From positions 1 through 64,000 of the forward strand of contig CAXHJY010001426.1 of NCBI GenBank assembly GCA_964016885.1: DNA of 64,000 nt, written 5' to 3'. How positions within the stretch are numbered: position 1 is the first letter of the stretch; every line of letters begins with the position of its first letter. This DNA is from Eledone cirrhosa. Lineage: Eukaryota. Under the pieces are notes generated by a model. The model made no database searches. It worked only from the letters and a program-made list of their open reading frames with translations, and had not been told where the DNA came from. The translations under genes were made by a program, and so were the position numbers. Shown in pieces: positions 1-9,545 of the stretch.

Positions 1-135
1 AGGGAAGATAATATTTAAAAAAATCAGGCGGAGATAATTTGTAAAAAAAATCAGGGGGAGATAATTTGTAAAAAAATCAGGGGGAGATAATTTGTAAAAA
101 AAAAATCAGGGGGAGATAATTTGTAAAAAAAATCA

Positions 136-360
136 TGGGGAGATAATTTCCAGCCGTCCAAGGGGAGGTAATATCTAGCCGTCCAAGGGGAGATAATTTC
201 CAGCCGTCCAAGGGGAGATAATTTCCACCCGTCCAAGTGTAGATAATATCCAGCCGTCCAAGGAGAAATATTTTCCAGCCGTCCAAGGAGAGGTAATTTC
301 TAGCCGTCCAAGGGGAGATAAATTCCAGCCTCCAAGGGGAGATAATTTCCAGCCAGCCAA
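136..360 (+). repeat. Example of the long 9-monomer A-block word (recurs dozens of times)
   Basis: Ordered variants: consensus, GGAGGTAATATCTA, consensus-like x2, G(G/T)GTAGATAATATCC, GGAGA(C/A)ATATTTTCC, GGAGAGGTAATTTCTA, GATAAATTCCAGCCTCC (24 bp), terminal CCAGCCAGCCAA. The same order is seen at about 2402, 10772, 11371, 14347, 18671 and 34483. Confidence 0.9.
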
Positions 361-589
361 GGGGAGATAATTTGTAAAAAAATCAGGGGGAGATAATTTG
401 TAAAAAAAATCAGGGGCAGATAATTTGTAAAAAAAATCAGGGGGAGATAATTTGTAAAAAAAAATCAGGGGGAGATAATTTGTAAAAAAAAATCAGGGGG
501 AGATAATTTGTAAAAAAAATCAAGGGGAGATAATTTCCAGCCGTCCAAGGGGAGATAATTTTTTAAAAAATCAGGTGGAGATAATTTGT

Positions 590-3500
590 AAAAAAAATCA
601 GGGGGAGATAATTTGTAAAAACAAAATCAAGGGCAGATAATTTCCAGCTGTCCAAGGGGAGATAATTTCCAGCCGTCCAAGGGGAGATAATTTCCAGCCG
701 TCCAAGGGGAGATAATTTCCCTCCTTCCAAGGGGATATAATTTCCAGCCGTCCAAGGGGAGATAATTTCCCGCCAGCCAAGGGAAGATAATTTTTAAAAA
801 AATCAGGCGGAGATTGTAAAAAAAATCAGGGGGGAGATAATTTGTAAAAAAATCAGGGGGAAATAATTTGTAAAAAAAAATCAGGGTGAGATAATTTGTA
901 AAAAAAATCAGGAGATAATTTGTAAAAAAAAATCAGGGGGAGATAATTTGTAAAAAAAATTAGGCGTAGATAATTTGTAAAAAAAAATCAGGGGGAGATA
1001 ATTTGTAAAAAAAAATCAGGGGGAGATAATTTGTTAAAAAATCAAGGGGAGATAATTTGCAGCCGTCCAAGGGGAGATAATTTTCAGCCGTCCAAGGAGA
1101 GGTAATTTCTAGCCGTCCAAGGGGAGATAATTTCCAGCCGTCCAAGGGGAGATAATTTCCAGCCGTTCAAGGGGAGATAATTTTTAAAAAAAAATCAGGC
1201 GGAGATAATTTGTAAAAAAAAATCAGGGGGAGATAAATTGTAAAAAAAATCAAGGGGAGATAATTTCCAGCCGTCCAAGGGGAGGTAATATCTAGCCGTC
1301 CAAGGGGAGATAATTTCCAGCCGTCCAAGGGGAGATAATTTCCAGCCGTCCAAGGGGAGATAATTTCCAGCCGTCCAAGGAGACATATTTTCCAGCCGTC
1401 CAAGGCGAGGTAATTTCTAGCCGTCCAAGGGGAGATAAATTCCAGCCTCCAAGGGGAGATAATTTCCAGCCAGCCAAGGGGAGATAATTTGTAAAAAAAT
1501 CAGGGGGAGATAATTTGTAAAAAATATCAGGGGGAGATAATTTGTAAAAAAAATCAGGGGGAGATAATTTGTAAAAAAAAATCAGGGGGAGATAATTTGT
1601 AAAAAAAAATCAGGGGGAGATAATTTGTAAAAAAAATCAAGGGGAGATAATTTCCAGCCGTCCAAGGGGAGATAATTTTCAGCTGTCCAAGGAGAGGTAA
1701 TTTCTAGTCGTCCGAGGAGAGATAATTTCCAGCCGTCCAAGGGGAGATAATTTCCAGCCGTCCAAGGGGAGATAATTTCCAGCCGTCCAAGGAGACATAT
1801 TTTCCAGCAGTCCAAGGAGAGGTAATTTCTAACCGTCCAAGGGGAGATAAATTCCAGCCTCCAAGGGGAGATAATTTCCAGCCAGCCAAGGGGAGATAAT
1901 TTGTAAAAAAAATCAGAGGGAGATAATTTGTAAAAAAAAATCAGGGGGAGATAATTTGTAAAAAATAGTCAGGGGGAGATAATTTGTAAAAAAATCAAGG
2001 GGAGATAATTTCCAGCCGTCCAAGGGGAGATAATTTTCAGCCGTCCAAGGGGAGATAATTTCCCGCCAGCCAAGGGAAGATAATATTTAAAAAAATTAGG
2101 CGGATATAATTTGTAAAAAAAATCGGGGGGAGATAATTTGTAAAAAAATCAGGGGGAGATAATTTGTAAAAAAAATCAGGGGGAGATAATTTGTAAAAAA
2201 AAATCAGGGGGAGATAATTTGTAAAAAAAAATCAGGGGTAGATAATTGGTAAAAAAAAATCAGGGGGAGATAATTTGTAAAAAAAAATCAGGGAGAGATA
2301 ATTTGTAAAAAAAAATCAGGGGGAGATAATTTGTAAAAAAAAATCAGGGGTAGATAATTTGTAAAAAAAAATCAGGGGGAGATAATTTGTAAAAAAAATC
2401 AAGGGGAGATAATTTCCAGCCGTCCAAGGGGAGGTAATATCTAGCCGTCCAAGGGGAGATAATTTCCAGCCGTCCAAGGGGAGATAATTTCCAGCCGTCC
2501 AAGGGTAGATAATATCCAGCCGTCCAAGGACATATTTTCCAGCCGTCCAAGGAGAGGTAATTTCTAGCCGTCCAAGGGGAGATAAATTCCAGCCTCCAAG
2601 GGGAGATAATTTCCAGCCAGCCAAGGGGAGATAATTTGTAAAAAAATCAGGGGGAGATAATTTGTAAAAAAAATCAGGGGGAGATAATTTGTAAAAAAAA
2701 ATCAGGGGGAGATAATTTGTAAAAAAAAATCAGGGGGAGATAATTTGTAAAAACAAAATCAAGGGCAGATAATTTCCAGCTGTCCAAGGGGAGATAATTT
2801 CCAGCCGTCCAAGGGGAGATAATTTCCAGCCGTCCAAGGGGAGATAATTTCCCTCCTTCCAAGGGGATATAATTTCCAGCCGTCCAAGGGGAGATAATTT
2901 CCCGCCAGCCAAGGGAAGATAATTTTTAAAAAAATCAGGCGGAGATTGTAAAAAAAATCAGGGGGGAGATAATTTGTAAAAAAATCAGGGGGAAATAATT
3001 TGTAAAAAAAAATCAGGGGGAGATAATTTGTAAAAAAAATCAGGGGGAGATAATTTGTAAAAAAAAATCAGGGGGAGATAATTTGTAAAAAAAATTAGGC
3101 GTAGATAATTTGTAAAAAAAAATCAGGGGGAGATAATTTGTTAAAAAAAATCAGGGGGAGATAATTTGTTAAAAAATCAAGGGGAGATAATTTGCAGCCG
3201 TCCAAGGGGAGATAATTTTCAGCCGTCCAAGGAGAGGTAATTTCTAGCCGTCCAAGGGGAGATAATTTCCAGCCGTCCAAGGGGAGATAATTTCCAGCCG
3301 TTCAAGGGGAGATAATTTTTAAAAAAAAATCAGGCGGAGATAATTTGTAAAAAAAAATCAGGGGGAGATAAATTGTAAAAAAAATCAAGGGGAGATAATT
3401 TCCAGCCGTCCAAGGGGAGGTAATATCTAGCCGTCCAAGGGGAGATAATTTCCAGCCGTCCAAGGGGAGATAATTTCCAGCCGTCCAAGGGGAGATAATT

Positions 3501-4340
3501 TCCAGCCGTCCAAGGAGACATATTTTCCAGCCGTCCAAGGCGAGGTAATTTCTAGCCGTCCAAGGGGAGATAAATTCCAGCCTCCAAGGGGAGATAATTT
3601 CCAGCCAGCCAAGGGGAGATAATTTGTAAAAAAATCAGGGGGAGATAATTTGTAAAAAATATCAGGGGGAGATAATTTGTAAAAAAAATCAGGGGGAGAT
3701 AATTTGTAAAAAAAAATCAGGGGGAGATAATTTGTAAAAAAAAATCAGGGGGAGATAATTTGTAAAAAAAATCAAGGGGAGATAATTTCCAGCCGTCCAA
3801 GGGGAGATAATTTTCAGCTGTCCAAGGAGAGGTAATTTCTAGTCGTCCGAGGAGAGATAATTTCCAGCCGTCCAAGGGGAGATAATTTCCAGCCGTCCAA
3901 GGGGAGATAATTTCCAGCCGTCCAAGGAGACATATTTTCCAGCAGTCCAAGGAGAGGTAATTTCTAACCGTCCAAGGGGAGATAAATTCCAGCCTCCAAG
4001 GGGAGATAATTTCCAGCCAGCCAAGGGGAGATAATTTGTAAAAAAAATCAGAGGGAGATAATTTGTAAAAAAAAATCAGGGGGAGATAATTTGTAAAAAA
4101 TAGTCAGGGGGAGATAATTTGTAAAAAAATCAAGGGGAGATAATTTCCAGCCGTCCAAGGGGAGATAATTTTCAGCCGTCCAAGGGGAGATAATTTCCCG
4201 CCAGCCAAAGGAAGATAATATTTAAAAAAATTAGGCGGATATAATTTGTAAAAAAAATCGGGGGGAGATAATTTGTAAAAAAAAATCAGGGGGAGATAAT
4301 TTGTAAAAAAAAATCAGGGGGAGATAATTTGTAAAAAAAA
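590..4340 (+). repeat. About 2.13 kb higher-order tandem duplication (second copy partial); a third related copy lies at about 6130-8220
   Basis: ORF-track pairs 598/2730 (offset 2132) and 960/3095, 1167/3302, 1582/3717, 1704/3839 (offset 2135). Shared rare variants CCCTCCTTCC (720/2851) and AAAAATAGTC (about 1961/4096; also about 7499). Confidence 0.85.
1998..2105 (+). repeat. Example of the short 3-monomer A-block word with a fixed exit into B
   Basis: Consensus A, then TTTTCAGCCGTCCAA, then TTTCCCGCCAGCCAA, then G(G/A)GAAGATAATATTTAAAAAAAT(C/T)AGGCGG. Repeated at about 4133, 5335, 5877, 8325, 9948, 11760, 12352 and onward. Confidence 0.9.
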
Positions 4341-7300
4341 TTAGGCGTAGATAATTTGTAAAAAAAAATCAGGGGGAGATAATTTGTAAAAAAATCAGGG
4401 GGAGATAATTTGTAAAAAAATCAGGGGGAGATAATTTGTGAAAAAAATCAGGGGGAGATAATTTGTAAAAAAAATCAGGGGTAGATAATTTGTAAAAAAA
4501 ATCAAGGGGAGATAATTTCCAGCCGTCCAAGGGAAGATAATTTCCAGCCCTCCAAGGGGCTATAATTTCCAGCGTCCAAAGGGGAGATAATTTCCAGCCA
4601 GCGAAGGGGAGATAATTTTAAAAAAAAATCATTAGGAGATTTGTAAAAAAAATCAGGGGGAGATAATTTGTAAAAAAAATCAGGGGGAGATAATTTGTAA
4701 AAAAAAATCAGGGGGAGATAATTTGTAAAAAAAAATCAGGGGGAGATAATTTGTAAAAAAAATCAAGGGGAGATAATTTCCAGCCGTCCAAGGGGAAATA
4801 ATTTTCAGCCGTCCAAGGGGAGATAATATTTAAAAAAATCAGGCGGAGATAATTTGTAAAAAAAATCAGGGGGAGATAATTTGTAAAAAAATCAGGGGGA
4901 GATAATTTGTAAAAAAATCAGGGGGAGATAATTTGTAAAAAAAAAATCAGGGGGAGATAATTTGTAACAAAAATCAAGGGGAGATAATTTCCAGCCGTCC
5001 AAGGGGAGATAATTTTCAGCCGTCCAAGGAGAGGTAATTTCTAGCCTTCCAAGGAGAGATAATTTCCAGCCGTCCAAGGGGAGATAATTTCCAGCCGTCC
5101 AAGGGGAGATAATTTCCAGCCGTCCAAGGAGACATATTTTCCAGCCGTCCAAGGAGAGGTAATTTCTAGCCGTCCAAGGGGAGATAAATTCCAGCCTCCA
5201 GGAGGAGATAATTTCCAGCCAGCCAAGGGGAGATAATTTGTAAAAAGATCAGGGGGAGATAATTTGTAAAAAAAATCAGGGGGAGATAATTTGTAAAAAA
5301 TAATCAGGGGGAGATAATTTGTAAAAAAAATCAAGGGGAGATAATTTCCAGCCGTCCAAGGGGAGATAATTTTCAGCCGTCCAAGGGGAGATAATTTCCC
5401 GCCAGCCAAGGGAAGATAATATTTAAAAAAATTAGGCGGAGATAATTTGTAAAAAAAATCAGGGGGAGATAATTTGTAAAAAAATCAGGGGGAGATAATT
5501 TGTAAAAAAATCAAGGGGAGATAATTTCCAGCCGTCCAAGGGGAGATAATTTCCAGCCGTCCAAGGGTAGATAATATCCAGCCGTCCAAGGAGACATATT
5601 TTCCAGCCGTCCAAGGAGAGGTAATTTCTAGCCGTCCAAGGGGAGATAAATTCCAGCCTCCAAGGGGAGATAATTTCCAGCCAGCCAAGGGGAGATAATT
5701 TGTAAAAAAATCAGGGAGAGATAATTTGTAAAAAAAATCAGGGTGAGATAACTGGTAAAAAAAATCAGGGGGAGATAATTTGTAAAAAAAAATCAGGGGG
5801 AGATAATTTGTAAAAAAAATCAGGGGGAGATAATTTGTAAAAAAAATCAAGGGGAGATAATTTGTAAAAAAATCAAGGGGAGATAATTTCCAGCCGTCCA
5901 AGGGGAGATAATTTTCAGCCGTCCAAGGGGAGATAATTTCCCGCCAGCCAAGGGAAGATAATATTTAAAAAAATCAGGCGGAGATAATTTGTAAAAAAAA
6001 TCAGGGGGAGATAATTTGTAAAAAAATCAGGGGGAGATAATTTGTAAAAAAAAATCAGGGGGAGATAATTTGTAAAAAAAATCAGGGGGAGATAATTTGT
6101 AAAAAAATCAAGGGGAGATAATTTCCAGCCGTCCAAGGGGAGATAATTTTTTAAAAAATCAGGTGGAGATAATTTGTAAAAAAAATCAGGGGGAGATAAT
6201 TTGTAAAAACAAAATCAAGGGCAGATAATTTCCAGCTGTCCAAGGGGAGATAATTTCCAGCCGTCCAAGGGGAGATAATTTCCAGCCGTCCAAGGGGAGA
6301 TAATTTCCATCCTTCCAAGGGGATATAATTTCCAGCCGTCCAAGGGGAGATAATTTCCCGCCATTCAAGGGAAGATAATTTTTAAAAAAATCAGGCGGAG
6401 ATTGTAAAAAAAATCAGGGGGGAGATAATTTGTAAAAAAATCAGGGGGAAATAATTTGTAAAAAAAAATCAGGGGGAGATAATTTGTAAAAAAAATCAGG
6501 GGGAGATAATTTGTAAAAAAAAATCAGGGGGAGATAATTTGTAAAAAAAATTAGGCGTAGATAATTTGTAAAAAAAAATCAGGGGGAGATAATTTGTAAA
6601 AAAAAATCAGGGGGAGATAATTTGTTAAAAAATCAAGGGGAGATAATTTGCAGCCGTCCAAGGGGAGATAATTTTCAGCCGTCCAAGGAGAGGTAATTTC
6701 TAGCCGTCCAAGGGGAGATAATTTCCAGCCGTCCAAGGGGAGATAATTTCCAGCCGTTCAAGGGGAGATAATTTTTAAAAAAAATCAGGCGGAGATAATT
6801 TGTAAAAAAAAATCAGGGGGAGATAAATTGTAAAAAAAATCAAGGGGAGATAATTTCCAGCCGTCCAAGGGGAGGTAATATCTAGCCGTCCAAGGGGAGA
6901 TAATTTCCAGCCGTCCAAGGGGAGATAATTTCCAGCCGTCCAAGGGGAGATAATTTCCAGCCGTCCAAGGAGACATATTTTCCAGCCGTCCAAGGCGAGG
7001 TAATTTCTAGCCGTCCAAGGGGAGATAAATTCCAGCCTCCAAGGGGAGATAATTTCCAGCCAGCCAAGGGGAGATAATTTTTAAAAAAATCAGGGGGAGA
7101 TAATTTGTAAAAAATATCAGGGGGAGATAATTTGTAAAAAAAATCAGGGGGAGATAATTTGTAAAAAAAAATCAGGGGGAGATAATTTGTAAAAAAAATC
7201 AAGGGGAGATAATTTCCAGCCGTCCAAGGGGAGATAATTTTCAGCTGTCCAAGGAGAGGTAATTTCTAGTCGTCCGAGGAGAGATAATTTCCAGCCGTCC

Positions 7301-9174
7301 AAGGGGAGATAATTTCCAGCCGTCCAAGGAGACATATTTTCCAGCAGTCCAAGGAGAGGTAATTTCTAACCGTCCAAGGGGAGATAAATTCCAGCCTCCA
7401 AGGGGAGATAATTTCCAGCCAGCCAAGGGGAGATAATTTGTAAAAAAAATCAGAGGGAGATAATTTGTAAAAAAAAATCAGGGGGAGATAATTTGTAAAA
7501 AATAGTCAGGGGGAGATAATTTGTAAAAAAATCAAGGGGAGATAATTTCCAGCCGTCCAAGGGGAGATAATTTTCAGCCGTCCAAGGGGAGATAATTTCC
7601 CGCCAGCCAAGGGAAGATAATATTTAAAAAAATTAGGCGGATATAATTTGTAAAAAAAATCGGGGGGAGATAATTTGTAAAAAAATCAGGGGGAGATAAT
7701 TTGTAAAAAAAATCAGGGGGAGATAATTTGTAAAAAAAATCAGGGGGAGATAATTTGTAAAAAAAAATCAGGGGTAGATAATTGGTAAAAAAAAATCAGG
7801 GGGAGATAATTTGTAAAAAAAAATCAGGGAGAGATAATTTGTAAAAAAAAATCAGGGGGAGATAATTTGTAAAAAAAAATCAGGGGTAGATAATTTGTAA
7901 AAAAAAATCAGGGGGAGATAATTTGTAAAAAAAATCAAGGGGAGATAATTTCCAGCCGTCCAAGGGGAGGTAATATCTAGCCGTCCAAGGGGAGATAATT
8001 TCCAGCCGTCCAAGGGGAGATAATTTCCAGCCGTCCAAGGGTAGATAATATCCAGCCGTCCAAGGACATATTTTCCAGCCGTCCAAGGAGAGGTAATTTC
8101 TAGCCGTCCAAGGGGAGATAAATTCCAGCCTCCAAGGGGAGATAATTTCCAGCCAGCCAAGGGGAGATAATTTGTAAAAAAATCAGGGGGAGATAATTTG
8201 TAAAAAAAATCAGGGGGAGATAATTTGTAAAAAAAAATCAGGGGGAGATAATTTGTAAAAAAAAATCAGGGGGAGATAATTTGTAAAAAAAAATCAGGGG
8301 GAGATAATTTGTAAAAAAAATCAAGGGGAGATAATTTCCAGCCGTCCAAGGGGAGATAATTTTCAGCCGTCCAAGGGGAGATAATTTCCCGCCAGCCAAG
8401 AGAAGATAATATTTAAAAAAATCAGGCGGAGATAATTTGTAAAAAAATCAGGGGGAGATAATTTGTAAAAAAAAAATCAGGGGGAGATAATTTGTAAAAA
8501 AAATCAGGGGAAGATAATTTGTAAAAAAAAATTAGGGGTAGATAATTTGTAAAAAAAAATCAGGGGGAGATAATTTGTAAAAAAAAATCAGGGGGAGATA
8601 ATTTGTAAAAAAATGAAAGGGGAGATAATATCTAGCCGTCCAAGGAGAGATAATTTTAAAAAAAAATCAGGCGGAGATAATTTGTAAAAAAAAAATCAGG
8701 GGGAGATAATTTGTAAAAAAAAATCAGGGGGAGATAATTTGTAAAAAAAATCAAGGGGAGATAATTTCCAGCCGTCCAAGGGGAGATAATTTTCAGCCGT
8801 CCAATGAGAGGTAATTTCTAGTCGTCCAAGGGGAGATAATTTCCAGCCGTCCAAGGGGAGGTAATTTCCAGCCGTCCAAGGGGAGATAATTTTTAAAAAA
8901 AAATCAGGCGGAGATAATTTGTAAAAAAAATCAAGGGGAGATAATTTGCAGCCGTCCAAGGGGAGATAATTTTCAGTCGTCCAAGGAGAGGTAATTTCTA
9001 GCCGTCCAAGGGGAGATAATTTCCAGCCGTCCAAGGGGAGATAATTTCCAGCCGTCCAAGGGGAGATAATTTGTAAAAAAATCAGGGGGAGATAATTTGT
9101 AAAAAAAATCGGGGGGGATAATTTGTAAAAAAAAATCAGGGGGAGATAATTTGTAAAAAAAATCAAGCAGAGAT

Positions 9175-9545
9175 AATTTCCAGCCGTCCAAGGGAAGATA
9201 ATTTCCAGCCCTCCAAGGGGCTATAATTTCCAGTGTCCAAGGGGAGATAATTTCCAGCCAGCGAAGGGGAGATAATTTTTTTTAAAAAATCAGGGGGAGA
9301 TTTGTAAAAAAAATCAGGGGGAGATAATTTGTAAAAAAAATCAAAGGGAGATAATTTCCAGCCGTCCAAAGAGAGATAATTTCTAGCCGTCAAGGGAGAT
9401 AATTTCGAGCCAAGGGGAGATAATTTCCAGCCGTCCAAGGGAAGATAATTTCCAGCCCTCCAAGGGCTATAATTTCCAGCGTCCAAGGGAGATAATTTCC
9501 AGCCAGCGAAGGGGAGATAATTTTTTTTAAAAAATCATTAGATTT
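9175..9545 (+). repeat. Divergent rare cassette of shortened monomers (other copies at about 4530-4640, 12812-13145, 23465-23840 and 55385-55755)
   Basis: Contains GGGGCTATAATTTCCAG(C/T)GTCCAA (24 bp), CCAGCCAGCGAAGG, TTTCGAGCCAA (21 bp monomer), CCAAAGAGAGAT and ATCATTAGATTTGT. I did not see these outside the listed loci. Confidence 0.85.

Noticed and set aside
361-520. Intrinsic terminators (T-tracts on the minus strand)
   Set aside because: No GC-rich stem precedes the T-tracts and there are no genes to terminate.
640-660. CpG-methylation decay signature (CAGCTGTCC and GCCATCC variants of CAGCCGTCC)
   Set aside because: The CpG is retained in most A monomers, transversions at the same site also occur (CAGCAG, CAGCCC, CAGCCT), and the recurrent variants are copies made by duplication rather than independent events. 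A proper count would be needed.
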